The translations under genes were made by a program, and so were the position numbers. Shown here in pieces: positions 1 through 12,069 of a stretch of DNA of 64,000 bases (position 1 is the first letter of the stretch; each line of letters begins with the position of its first letter). The notes under the pieces were generated by a model, which saw only the letters and a list, made by a program, of their open reading frames with translations, ran no database searches and had not been told where the DNA came from. Origin of the DNA: Chiloscyllium plagiosum (taxonomy: Eukaryota). The stretch is taken from the NCBI RefSeq assembly GCF_004010195.1, contig NC_057719.1:57330246-57394245 (forward strand), read 5' to 3'.

Positions 1-573
1 AGAAAACTCTTGAATCCTATCTCTCATTGCTCCTATCGCTGGCCCAACCACATGAAAATAAATGTGTGATCAAACAAAGGAGAAAAGACACCATTCCACA
101 AATAGGAAAGACCAAAAATAAAATATAAGACACCACAATCGCCTACTTTAAACCTCAAACACTATGTGAATGATTGAGAATGTAACAAACTTAATTTAAC
201 GATATAACTTTAATACAAAAAGCAGAGAGCAGTGGAGCTTTCGCTTCTATTCTGAAAATCAACCAGACTGGCATGTTGCAGACCAACATATTACAAAGTT
301 TAGTAATTCTTGTATATTGAAATGATCTTAATTGCAATTCATTTATGATGGGTGTTTTTACTGAGATATCTGACAGTCACTATTTTTGCTGTCCCGCATC
401 CAGTTGTACAAATGCCTGGAACTACAAACCTGGTTCCCAATTCTGAAGAGAAGAAGGGCAGCTCTGAAGCATGAAAATAATGAGAGATGTATCATAAAGT
501 AGGTTACGTTTGTCTGAGGAATTTGTTTCCCTGAGTCCCAAAGGAGCTGAGAATAAACAGGATTTCACTTAGT

Positions 574-677
574 ATGTGTAGTAAGTACTATTCTGGTCAC
601 CAAGTCCTTGGAAAGGAATTATTCACCAAGAGTGAGATGGAAAAATTAGGAACCAAGGTGATTCTATTCACAGAAAT
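574..677 (+). other. Weak candidate host exon (MCSKYYSGHQVLGKELFTKSEMEKLGTKVILFTE) ending at a GTAAGT donor
   Basis: Open frame from ATG 574 to AAT|GTAAGT at 677/678 in non-repetitive sequence; no recognisable protein similarity. Confidence 0.15.
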
Positions 678-1427
678 GTAAGTTACGATGATATTTTACT
701 GTAGTTATTTATGTTCTCTTTGTGAAAGAGGTAACTTTGAAAAAATATAACTAAAACCTTTAATGTTATGATGAAAATTTGCGAAGTTGATCCAGGCAAG
801 TTCTTTTCAACAAAAGTCTTTACTACTGGGAAAGAAATGTTAAAATTTGGAAAACTAAAAGTGAGAAGTTTTCGACCAAAGGTTATCTTCACATGACAAA
901 AAACATTTCAAATGAGATGTCCAGTTTGTCCATCAAATGGCTTTCTGAAAAACTGAGTTTAGAAATGAGGTCCTTCCTACAACAGATCTTTACTGCCAAC
1001 TTGATATAATACACATTGTGGTTTGGGCAATTCTTCATCTTCTCCTTAAGGATCAGATGACCACATTCCTCAAGGCATGCGTACAATGAGTGCCATCCAT
1101 TGCATTCAGTGGGAAGTCAAGCCAGGGATGTTGTTGGGTCGGCAAAGGGATTTTTAAAATATATTGTATGCATCATACAATTCTATTGATAATGAGTTGA
1201 CATCTTTCATATTAACTGCTGTTTCGCAGAATGGCTGGTGCAATAAAGCACATTTCTTACTAGACTTTTCAAGTTTTCATGAATAGGAATGCGGTGTTGC
1301 TTATGACATTTGCCATCTCCAACAGCAGCCACTTAGGTGGAGTCAATGGAAGTTTCCCTGTGTCCACAGTACAGCTTTAGCTGAACGTCAATCTTTATCT
1401 GGCAGCTGCAAGATCATGAGGTAAAGC

Positions 1428-2043
1428 CTCTTGAGAGGTTTCCCTCATTAACAGGCATCAGGGAGGGAGTGTAGTGAAAGTAAGCCCCAGTTCACATCCT
1501 TGCGTTTCATCCCCTTCACCCACCTTTCCAGCGACTCCCACTTTTTAACCCCATCCAATTCATCTATCTGCAGCAGAATAGATGTGGGTTTAAATTGTTC
1601 TGGTTCTACTCCCTCAGGATGTTCCCATGTATTTCCAGACTAGGCTGATGATAACCTACACCTGAAATAAGATTTACCTCCTAAGACAGGGGTGATTCCT
1701 CTGTAAATGGTGAGAGAACCAATGGGAGAACTGATGTAATTTAAGTGCACTCAGGCATTTAACACGTCAATGCTGAGTTTAGTGCTAATTAGAACCCGGG
1801 GGTACAAATCCCAAAAAGTAATTTCCGAGTCTGAAGAGTTTAGGAGTATTGTCGATTGCTAGTCATACTCCAAGGTCCAGCCTGAAAGTTGCCACTGGAT
1901 CTCTGGATATAGGTGAATGTGATTGGAAAAGGATGCCAATCACTGAAGAGGTGGATGAGGGTTTAGAGGCAAGGATGGGAACTAGTGTTTCTTTCAGAGT
2001 GTCCCCTTCCTGATGCCTGTTAATGAGGGAAATCTCTCAAGAG
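1428..2043. repeat. 35-bp inverted repeat pair (1428-1462 / 2009-2043)
   Basis: CTCTTGAGAGGTTTCCCTCATTAACAGGCATCAGG matches the reverse complement of 2009-2043 with one mismatch. Confidence 0.9.
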
Positions 2044-2845
2044 ACCACGGATAACTTGGCAGGATTTACTGGGCAGCCTTCCAGAGCTGTACAAGTTTTG
2101 TTAAATCATTGCACACCATTAAATCATGGTAGAATCATGACTCATTAATAAGCCAGACTGACATCCCACATCAGGCAGGAAGGATTTCTGGCCCTTACTG
2201 ATTCCTGTTTAATCATGTATAGTTTCCTGACAAGAGGTACTCCCAACTGATTCCCGCAGCTTGCCTCCACCCCACCTAAGCTGGCATCATTAAATTCAGT
2301 TTGTCATCTCTCTCTGCACGTTCGTTTGTCAAAAAACTGCCAACTAATGCCATCAGAGGATAATTGAAAGCCTGAAAGTGACCTCCCAATCCAAAAAGCT
2401 TAGAACCTGACAAAGGAAATGGAAGAGTTTGGAGGGAAGATCATTTTGTTGCAAAATACAAACAAGCTGTAGAGATGATCAGGAGTTTCTGACAATGAAC
2501 ACATTTAGTGAGGAGCTAAGGGTATTTTATAAAAATGGAACAAGTCATGAAACACAGAAAGTTGGTGGCAACAGAAAAAGGACACCTGGCCTGTCAAGTC
2601 TCTGTGCCAGCTGAGAAATGAGCCACCTAGCTTCATCCTACTTTCAAGCATGTGGTTCATGTTCTGCAGATTTCAGTTCTTCAGGCATCCCAACCTCCTT
2701 TTAAATGAGTTGAGGGTTTCTGCCTGTATTAGCCTTTCAGGCAAAGGGTTCCAAACCCCCATTATCCTCTGCATGAAAAATAACTGTTCTTCATCTTCCT
2801 TTTAATCTTTCTACCAATCACTTTAAATCTATGTTCCCTTGTCAC

Positions 2846-3179
2846 CATAGTGGTGCCTCTCAGTCAGTATTAGACATGCTCATGATATCACCATGGAATC
2901 ATATTTCATGACCTGAGGGTATAAAGACATTATATTCCATCTTACCTCAGATCATGACACTGTACTGAAAGCAAGCTTCTCCGTTGTATGTAGTAGCTTA
3001 ATATTAGTTCAGACATTTGTGTCTGATGAATATTATAATTTTACATAATTGTTAGTTGGACTAAAAATCTGTTGGATTCTTCAGTATGACAATATCTACT
3101 CCCGGTTTTTTATGTTGCAAGAGATAGCATAAGCATTGCTGCATCAGATAAAACGCCCAGCTGGAGGTAACTCACATCA
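2846..3179. mobile_element. 334-bp insertion, putative solo LTR
   Basis: Interrupts CR1 and is flanked by the 5-bp direct repeat GTCAC (2841-2845, 3180-3184); ends in ...CACATCA, but the left end is CATAGTGG rather than canonical TG. Confidence 0.45.
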
Positions 3180-4316
3180 GTCACTGACCTCTCTGCTATA
3201 GCCCAGTCCACTCTATCCAGCTCGTCACATTTTTGTATATATCAACCATCTGTTCCAAGAAGAAAAACCTCAGCCTACCTAATCTTTCCTCTTGGCAACA
3301 TTATTCCAATGTCTATAAATTTCCTGTACACCATGCCTAATATGATTACATCCTTTCTGTAATGAGGTAACCAGAACAGCAAGCAGTACTCAAGTTGTGA
3401 CCTAACTGTAAATGTAATCAATAATCTCCAGCTCCCTATATCCTGCATATCTCAGTTAATAAAAGAAAGTCTTCCATATACTGTAATCATTTTATTGACC
3501 AGTACTGCTACCTTCAGTGATCTGTAGACATTCATGGCAAGGTATATTTCTTGCACATCTCTCAGTATTCTCCCACTTACTGTGTATTCCTTTGACTTAT
3601 TTTGACCTCCTCAATGTCTATTGACATACTCTGCAACCTTCTCTCTCGCTGTCAGCCAATGTTTTGTGTGCCTTGATTGTGCCCCCTACATTTAAGCCCA
3701 AATTTTAATACATAGCATAAACAGTCTTGCAGACCCCAATTGGAAGCAACCTTCCAGTTGGAAAAATACCCTTCAACAATTACTCTTTATTTCTTGCCAC
3801 TGAGGCAATTTTATTCCTTTGGATCCCACTGACTTTTACTTTTATTAACCAATATGCCACATGGGACCTTGTCAAAGCCTTGCTAAGATCCATGTAGACT
3901 ACGTCAACTGTATTACCTTCCTCAATCCTCATTGCTACTTCCTCAGAAAAATCAATTAGGCCAGTCAGGCATGACCTCCTCTTAACAACTCCATGCTGAC
4001 TATCCATCATTAATAAATCCCTGTCTAATTGATAGTTTATCCTGTCTCAAAATTTATTCTGTTAATTTTCCTATTACTGAGGTTGGACTGACTAGCCTGT
4101 ATTGATTTGATCTTTCTCATGCTTCCTTTTTAAACAAAAAGTCCAACATTAGCAGTCCTCCAATTCTCCAGCGCCATACCTATATCAAGTGAGCATTGGT
4201 CAGATTTTCCAGTGTTTCCTCCCTGACTTCTTTTAATAGCCTGGTTATATTTCATCTGGAAATTTGTTGCTGGAAAAGCGCAGCAGGTCAGGCAGCATCC
4301 AGGGAACAGGAGAATC

Positions 4317-4344
4317 GACGATTCGGGCATAAGCCCTTCTTCAG
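4317..4344 (-). ncRNA. Hammerhead-like motif with mutated core (GAAA>GAAT)
   Basis: Minus strand reads CTGAAGA-A-GGGC-TTAT-GCCC-GAATC-GTC. Confidence 0.6.
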
Positions 4345-4665
4345 GAATGAGGAAAGTTTGTCCAGCAGGCTAAGATAAAAGGTAGGGAGGAGGGACTTGG
4401 GGGAGGGGCGTCGGAAATGTGATAGGTGGAAAGAGGTCAAGGTGAGAGTGATAGGTCAGACTGGGGTGGGGGCGGAGAGGTCGGGAAGAAGATCTCAGGT
4501 TAGGAAGGCGGTGCTGAATTCGATGGATTTGACTGAGACAAGGTGGGGAGAGGGGAAATGAGGAAAATCCAGTCTCAGTCAAATCCATCGAATTCAGCAC
4601 CGCCTTCCTAACCTGCAATCTTCTTCCCGACCTCTCCGCCCCCACCACAGTCTGACCTATCACCC

Positions 4666-5601
4666 NNNNNNNNNNNNNNNNNNNNNNNNNNNNNNNNNNN
4701 NNNNNNNNNNNNNNNNNNNNNNNNNNNNNNNNNNNNNNNNNNNNNNNNNNNNNNNNNNNNNNNNNNNNNNNNNNNNNNNNNNNNNNNNNNNNNNNNNNNN
4801 NNNNNNNNNNNNNNNNNNNNNNNNNNNNNNNNNNNNNNNNNNNNNNNNNNNNNNNNNNNNNNNNNNNNNNNNNNNNNNNNNNNNNNNNNNNNNNNNNNNN
4901 NNNNNNNNNNNNNNNNNNNNNNNNNNNNNNNNNNNNNNNNNNNNNNNNNNNNNNNNNNNNNNNNNNNNNNNNNNNNNNNNNNNNNNNNNNNNNNNNNNNN
5001 NNNNNNNNNNNNNNNNNNNNNNNNNNNNNNNNNNNNNNNNNNNNNNNNNNNNNNNNNNNNNNNNNNNNNNNNNNNNNNNNNNNNNNNNNNNNNNNNNNNN
5101 NNNNNNNNNNNNNNNNNNNNNNNNNNNNNNNNNNNNNNNNNNNNNNNNNNNNNNNNNNNNNNNNNNNNNNNNNNNNNNNNNNNNNNNNNNNNNNNNNNNN
5201 NNNNNNNNNNNNNNNNNNNNNNNNNNNNNNNNNNNNNNNNNNNNNNNNNNNNNNNNNNNNNNNNNNNNNNNNNNNNNNNNNNNNNNNNNNNNNNNNNNNN
5301 NNNNNNNNNNNNNNNNNNNNNNNNNNNNNNNNNNNNNNNNNNNNNNNNNNNNNNNNNNNNNNNNNNNNNNNNNNNNNNNNNNNNNNNNNNNNNNNNNNNN
5401 NNNNNNNNNNNNNNNNNNNNNNNNNNNNNNNNNNNNNNNNNNNNNNNNNNNNNNNNNNNNNNNNNNNNNNNNNNNNNNNNNNNNNNNNNNNNNNNNNNNN
5501 NNNNNNNNNNNNNNNNNNNNNNNNNNNNNNNNNNNNNNNNNNNNNNNNNNNNNNNNNNNNNNNNNNNNNNNNNNNNNNNNNNNNNNNNNNNNNNNNNNNN
5601 N
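4666..5601. other. Assembly gap (other gaps: 14572-14638, 23789-23973, 34685-34762, 50341-50870)
   Basis: Runs of N, all inside or between young repeat copies. Confidence 1.
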
Positions 5602-5885
5602 TCCAAGGACCTGCATGTTCTGGGTGGAGTGGGAGGGGGAGTCGAAGTGTTGAGCCATGGGGTGGTTGGGTTGGTTGGTCCGGGTGTCCCAGAGGAGTCA
5701 AATCCATCAAATTCAGCATCGCCTTCCTAACCTGAGATCTTCTTCCCGCCCTCTCCGCCCCCACCCCAGTCTGACCTTTCACCCTCACCTTGACCTCTTT
5801 CCACCTATCACATTTCCGACGCCCCTCCCCCAAGTCCCTCCTCCCTACCTTTTATCTTAGCCTGCTGGACAAACTTTCCTCATTC

Positions 5886-5913
5886 CTGAAGAAGGGCTTA
5901 TGCCCGAAACGTC
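5886..5913 (+). ncRNA. Minimal type I hammerhead ribozyme motif (PLE terminus)
   Basis: CTGAAGA-A-GGGC-TTAT-GCCC-GAAAC-GTC: CUGANGA box, 4-bp stem II, GAAA box, GUC cleavage triplet. Confidence 0.8.
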
Positions 5914-7142
5914 GATTCTCCTGTTCCCTGGATGCTGCCTGACCTGCTGCGCTTTTCCAGCAACACATTTCCAGCTCTGATCTCCAGCATCTGCAGACCT
6001 CACTTTCTCCTCATATATTTCATCTGGCCCTGTTTATTGATCAACTTGCAAGAGTGCTAATCTCGTTGATATATGTTTGACATTACCCTATTTTACAACT
6101 CTTTTGTCTTATATTTGCGAGGGAAGTTAGTACATGATCAATAAAATAAGATGAAAAGCAAGTGGACAACTTTTCAAACTTTTCATACAACCACTTATGG
6201 TTTTGTGTTGCTTTAAGCTGGAATTTAATGCACATCATGTCCTAGATAGTTGTGGGGAGGGCTACAATGAGGCATAGAGGTACAGTATCATGAGCATATT
6301 GCCTTCCTTATTACGAGCAATGAAGATCAGAGTGGAAAGGGTCAAAGATGGCTTTCCTGCTTTTACTGGTGTATCCACGTGCTCCTGATGTGGGGCTGCC
6401 TGCAGCTTGGGGAGTTTGTCCTGCTAATTGGGCAATCTATTCTCAAATGACAGGATGCACTGTCAACTAGGAAGACTCTTTTACTCAACACACTCTTTCC
6501 TCATTCACCCAGGCCTTCCCCAGCCAGCCTGCCCCTTGAGATTTGAGGATCAATGACTGTTCTTCGTCCTGTGGCCTACTACAGTATCAACAGTGTCCAC
6601 TATTCTTGGTGATACTGCTTGAACTGAAGAAGAACTAGCCTCTTACTGAATGGCAGCTCTGGAAAACTTGTAGTGACCAGGTAAGTTACTGATTGGGCCA
6701 GAAATTTGGGATTGGTCACAGTGGTGGTTTCTAACCAGCAGACAGACCCACAGTAGGACAAGTAAAAACAGTCCTTTATGTGATATTGAGTTGGTTTGTA
6801 ATGGAATTTGGCACGACAAGTACTGAGAGGTCTGTATGAATCAATATTGCTACCAGGATCTATAGATACGGTATGCTGCATTTTAATCAATCTTCCTGTT
6901 TTGTTCCCTAGACATCATATCCTTGAGTAGATTTTAATGATATTACCTGCTATATGTGTATCAGTTATTTGCTACTTGAGTGTAATTTGTACGGCATTTG
7001 TAATGCATCCATTACGTTGTGACATCTTTTTGAGTAACATGCAAGTATACTCATGTGCTAACTGCCTGAAATTCAAGTAACATTCAATGCAGTGACATCC
7101 ATTTATATTTGTATTTACAACATAGTTTTCCTGTAATGCTAT

Positions 7143-8268
7143 TGTTCTACCTGGTGAGGAGGGGGAGACCAGTTTTCATCTTTGCCCACCTTTAACTGCA
7201 ATGCAATTTAGAGTTTTTAAAAAGGTGCTAGATTTCAAATCAATATGTACTTGACTGTGTGTAAGAAATAAGCCAGACTGTTATTTTTCTGTTAAACATG
7301 TAAGGAGTTAGATTTATTGTTAATATTCACTAAGGCAAAAGGTTTTTTAAAAGTTTTCAAATGTACAAATAGTTAGAAATTCCTACTAATGAGTGGAAAC
7401 TCACATACACTCCCCAGACACCTAGGAAAATACACAATGTTACAGATTATCACAGAATCCCTACAGTGTGGAAATAGGCCCTTTGGCCCAACAAGTCCAC
7501 ACCGACCCTCTGAAAAGTAACCCATCCAGACCCATTCCCTGAACCTATTGCTCTACAAATACCCCTGACTAATGCACCAACCCTACACATCCCTGAACAC
7601 TATGAGCAATTTAGCATGGCCAATTCACCTATCCTGTATATCTTTGGATTGTGGGAGGAAACCGGAGCACCTGGAGGAAGCCCATATAGACACGATGAGA
7701 ATGTGTACTCCACACAGACAGTCACCTAAAACTGGAATCGAACCCAGGTTACTGGTACTGTGAGCCAGCATTGCTGACCAATGAGCCACAGTGCTGCCCC
7801 GGTGTGGTGGTTAATCAGATGGTTAAATCAAATTCAAATTGCAGTTAAAAAGGAAAGTAAAGATTCATTTGTTATCCAGATGTTTTCAGCTGAAGGAATC
7901 ACTTTCCACAATAATGTTTGGGGATATTCCTTTTTCTCCTAGAGATAGTGGTCTTACTTTAAGATCCTTTGTTTCCAGTGATGAGATTTTTTTGGCTGGT
8001 TTACAAACCACAAACAGGGCTCAAAGCTTTAAGATAGGTTTCAGAGAGATCACTGAAGGGCCTTACTTTGTCCAAGGGCAATTGAGCTGCCTGATACTCC
8101 ATTTCCATTCACTGTAAAATGGGCAAGATGGTGGTCAGGCCACGCGTTGGGTCAATTTTTGATTGTCACCTGCAAATTGAAAATTTGTAACTGTGTTTGC
8201 CTTGAATTTGCAGCTACATTTTTCCAGTGGTCAGCAACTCTAGTTCCTTGGAAAAAGTAAATTCCTCA
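7143..8268. mobile_element. Possible old solo LTR hosting an HE1 SINE
   Basis: Starts TGTT, ends CA, flanks CTAT/CTAA; loosely similar organisation to the LTR at 9048-10115. Confidence 0.3.
7450..7800 (-). mobile_element. HE1-type tRNA-derived V-SINE (older copy)
   Basis: V-domain GGAGGAAACCGGAGCACCTGGAGGAAG, B-box complement GGAATCGAACC; colinear with the copies at 25395 and 36198. Confidence 0.9.
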
Positions 8269-9047
8269 CTAATATTAAAAAATGGATTTGAATGTGGTCT
8301 TGCTGAGATTTGCAGTCAGAGAAAATGCAGCGCGTGCAGAAAAATGGAAAGCGAGAGTAGGCCAGAAAAAGAAAATAGAATAAGAAAATAGATAGGAGAT
8401 TCACAAATAGTTCAACTTACTTTAAGAACATCAGGTTTAGATGATTGATGCATGAGGAATAACACATTGAAAGATCTGTTTTGAAAAAAAAACCTTTATT
8501 TTTGAAGAGGATAATGGTGATAAACACACAGATGAGTCAATTCATGATGACAATTTTCAGACCTTATCATCTTATGCCATCTCCTAACCTCTGCAGAAAG
8601 TAATAAACAGACTTTTGTCTCAGACAGTTCCATTAACCATATCTTTCTTTCAATAAATCATTTGAAAACTTTGAGTTCTTTCAGAAAAATATTGACAGTG
8701 CATCCCATAGGAAGACCTGTATGTTCAGACTGAAATCGTCCTTGTGATAAAGACCCCAAAAGAAACTTACACCCAACCAAATGTATCTGAGGGGGTTCCT
8801 TTCCTGAGAAACCCCATGAATGTTGAAATTCATGAGTGTAAAACTCATTAAAAATTGATTAAAATGGTTGAAAATATCACAGATATGTGATTTTTACTCA
8901 TGGATGTCGATTTTTGAGGTTACTTATTTTTGGGTGCAGATAGGCGAATTCATGATTTATCAGATACAGAGATTTTATTGCATTTCTCCCGAAAACAGAA
9001 AAATACTTCAGAAGAATAATACTGCAATGCTATTGTGTAGAAGCTAT

Positions 9048-10115
9048 TGTTAGGGCCAGATAAGAAGGGACAAATCAGTTCCCCTCTTTTCACTGACTCA
9101 GTTGGTCACAAAAAAAGGCTTAAGTTATTTTTGCATAAGGCCATACCTCTACCAATTAAAACCTGATTGACTACTTTTATTGCAAGCAGTAAGGAGCCAA
9201 TCACAAGGGTTTCCTGAGCTAAAGAAAAAATAAATGTATTTGTTAAACCCAAGCAAGATAATAAAGGCATAATGTCAACTGTATGACCATATACAGTCAT
9301 GTGAATCCTCACACATGTACAGACATATACAAAGTTAAATTAGATAGTTTAGAGTACAAAGGATAACAAAAGTATAAAGCCCTTTGGTTGTCGTCAAGGT
9401 ATTAAGTATTTTAACCTGAGACCACGGTTATTTAGTGTCAAACATTGTGGTGCTGGAAAAGCACAACAGGTCAGGCAAAATCCAAGGAGCAGGAGAGTCG
9501 ACGTTTCAAGCATAAGCTCTTCATCAGGAGTTCCTGTTGACTGTCCTGTTCCTCCGTTGCTGCCTGACTGGCTGTGCTTTTCCAGCACCATATCTTTTGA
9601 CTCTGATTTCCAGCATCTGCAATCCTCACTTTCTCCTACCATGGTTATTTAGCTCTTTCCTTGGACAGTCTGAAGAAGTGAATGTTGCAGTAATTTTTAA
9701 TATTCTCAGTTCCCCAAGTGTTTCTTCTCCAGAGCTGTTTCTACAGGAACTAGGTCTGTTTGGAGATAGAGAAAGAGATAAGTTGCAATATATACTTCCT
9801 TTGTTTGGTAATTTGCCCAATGACAAATTATTTCCAGTGTGTTTTTTCAAGCTGTTATTTTTGGATGGGTTTGTGCATACCCAGTATTTTGCACTTGCTA
9901 GTGTCTACTTGGGACAGTAATGGGTTTTAATTGATCTAATTTATAGAGAATCACCATCTGCAACCAACCCTTCCAGTGGGCAATTTGTTGGTTCATTCAC
10001 CTCCATCTTGGGAAGATTTGCATTTTATTTGCCTCAGTCAAACTTGCAACAGTTCCAACCAGTTGATAGTTCACAAATTATATCTTCAAAAATAAAGGCG
10101 TATACATTTGTGACA
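9048..10115. mobile_element. Solo LTR (TG...CA) with 4-bp TSD
   Basis: CTAT|TGTTAGGGCC...TTTGTGACA|CTAT (TSD 9044-9047, 10116-10119). Confidence 0.7.
9436..9637 (+). mobile_element. Short fold-back PLE-terminus insertion (family A-related) with hammerhead motif on the minus arm (9500-9527)
   Basis: 15-bp TSD ACCAC/TGGTTATTTAG (9421-9435, 9638-9652); inverted arms; minus strand CTGATGA-A-GAGC-TTAT-GCTT-GAAAC-GTC. Confidence 0.85.
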
Positions 10116-10330
10116 CTATGAAAAAGGCCAATCTTCCCAATGTCAGTTGTGGCCAATGTCCTAGAAACTAAAATGTCTTCTGATATTAATGCTCACATAG
10201 AAAGACACAGAAAGTGAGAAAATGAATTTATTAATACCTGACTGGAAAAGGTTAGGTAGATAAAGAAAAGAAACTAAGCAGACAGCCCTTGTATGACAAA
10301 AATTGCCAATGAAGAATCCATCCAATTCCA

Positions 10331-11365
10331 TTTTATTTACTCATGGGATGTTAACATCACTGGTTGGCCGGGGGATCCAAGATGGCGGCGACCCAGTAAG
10401 ACTGAGTCTAATGTTTATATCTGAGAGTTTTGTTTATTTTTGTAAACTTGTAAAAATGTTAAATTTCTAATAAAAATATCTATAAAAAAAAACATCACTG
10501 GTTGGCCAATGTTTATTGCCTGTCCCTGGTTCTCTTCAGAAGGTGGTGATCAGCTGTATTCTTGGGCCACTGCAGTCCACATGCTGGAGGTAGACCCACA
10601 ATATCTTTAGGGAGGGAATAGCAGGATTTTGACACAGCAACAGTGATGGAAGGCAATATATTTCCAAGTGAGGATGGTAGTGGCTTGGAGGGGAACTTGG
10701 AGGTGGTGGTATTCCCCATCTATCTACTGCTCTTGTCCTTTTAGATGGAAGTAGTCATGGGTTTGGAAGGTGCTCTTTATGGATTTTATGTGTCAGTGGT
10801 GGAGGGATTGGATGTTTGTGGATGTGGTACCAGTCAAGCAGTTGCTTTGTCTTGGATGGTATCAAGTGTCCTGAGTGTTGTTGGAGCTGCACTAATCTAG
10901 GTAAATGGGGAGTATTCCATCACAGTCCTGATTTATGTCCTGTAAATGGTGGACAGGCTTTGGGGAAATCAGGAAGTAAGTTACTTGCCACTGGAGTCCT
11001 AGACACTGATCTGCTCTTATAGCCACTGTATTTATTTAGTGAGTCCAATTGAGTTGCTGGTCAATGGTAACCCCTAGGATGTTAATAGAGGGAGTTTCAC
11101 TGATAGTGATGGTGGTTAAATTGTCTCTTATTGAAGATGGTCATTGACTCATGTTGTGTGGTGTGAATATTACTTGCTGATTGTCAGCCTAAGTCTGAAT
11201 ACTGATTAGATCTTTATCTGAGGAGTCATGACCGGTACTGAACATTGTGCATACATTGGCAAACATCCCCTCTTCTAACTTTATGCTGGAGGGAATGTCA
11301 TTGATGAAGAAGCGAAATATGGATTGGCCTAGGACACTACCCTGAGAGACTCCTGCAGAGGTGTA
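10331..11365 (-). mobile_element. Second LINE family (CR1/L2-group RT), decayed 3' part
   Basis: ORF 11189-11395 SAGVSQGSVLG..FFINDIP..GMFANVCTMF (decayed [14 protein letters not shown]); 3' end ...CATCCCATGAGTAAATAAAA. Confidence 0.8.
10370..10490 (+). mobile_element. 121-bp L1-like mini-element (5' terminus fused to 3' terminus)
   Basis: Perfect 17-bp TSD AACATCACTGGTTGGCC (10353-10369, 10491-10507); starts GGGGGATCCAAGATGGCGG; ends AATAAAAATATCTATAAAAAAA. Confidence 0.8.
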
Positions 11366-11529
11366 CAATAATAGTAATGGCAACCAATTGCCCATTCACT
11401 AATGTTCTCACACTTTGCATTCCTTAAGATTTGACCATCATGATATCTACTTGTTCACAATGCAAAAAGAAAAGCACTCCAAAATTACAAGTTATAAAAT
11501 AGACATTGCAGCAGAGCTACTGAGTTCAT

Positions 11530-11945
11530 TGTGATCTCTACATTGGGGAAATGAGGCTTATGCTCGAAATGTCGATTCTCCTGTTCCCTGGATGCTGCCT
11601 GACCTGCTGCGCTTCTCCAGCAACACATTTTCAGCTCTGATCTCCAGCATCTGCAGACCTCACTTTCTCCCGAAATGAGGCATAGATTGGGTGGCTGTTT
11701 CTCAGAATACCTACGTTCTATTTGATCTTCCAGTTGACTGCCACCTCAAAACACTACCTTGTCCCCTGGCCAATATCTCTGCCTCAGGCTTGTTGCAGTC
11801 CCCCATGAAGCTCAGCGCAAGCTGGAAGAACAGCACCTCATGTTCTGCTTGGGAACACTGCAGCCTCTGGACTCAATACTGAGATCAACAACTTTTGGAG
11901 TTGAGGCACCTTCTTCCATGTCCTTATCCCAACCTCCCTCCAACC
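11530..11945 (+). mobile_element. Ancient PLE GIY-YIG endonuclease remnant
   Basis: Removing the 11558-11671 insert and one TSD copy gives CDLYIGEMRHRLGGCFSEYLRS; downstream QRKLEEQHLMFCLGTLQP parallels RRLEEERLIFRLGTLQP at 51768-51986. Confidence 0.75.
11558..11671 (+). mobile_element. 5'-truncated PLE family A terminus
   Basis: Near-identical to 5898-6010; 10-bp direct repeat GAAATGAGGC (11548-11557, 11672-11681). Confidence 0.85.
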
Positions 11946-12069
11946 TGATAAATACACCACATTGTCCTTAAAGGTAAAGTCTCTCAAGGTAAAGGTACAC
12001 ATTTAATACTTCATGTGTGGAGTCTCACAATTTGCAGAAACCACCTGTAAATATGGTCTAAAATATAAT

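Larger units (their letters stand above)
4260..6013 (+). mobile_element. Penelope-like element (family A) with inverted terminal arms, spanning a gap
   Basis: 4260-4560 is the reverse complement of ~5700-5975; 14-bp TSD TATATTTCATCTGG (4246-4259, 6014-6027); PLE C-terminal peptide AQHFDSPSHSTQNMQVLG at 5602-5658 (-). Confidence 0.85.
2560..6060 (-). mobile_element. Old CR1-type LINE 3' half (decayed RT), interrupted at 2846-3179 and 4260-6013
   Basis: ORF 3780-4010 (SQHG..RSCLTGLIDFSEEV..VDVVYMDLSKA) and WRTANV match the CR1 RT N-terminus; CR1 sequence resumes after the TSD at 6014. Confidence 0.85.

Noticed and set aside
404..500. Exon candidate after CATCCAG
   Set aside because: All frames stop within about 100 nt and no peptide is recognisable
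4370..5833. Long ORFs of 200-490 aa here and at 50014-50930
   Set aside because: They are read-through of N gaps, not real coding sequence
6585..6686. Exon candidate ending in a perfect CAG|GTAAGT
   Set aside because: Stops in all three frames from the nearest acceptor; the surrounding sequence looks like an old repeat
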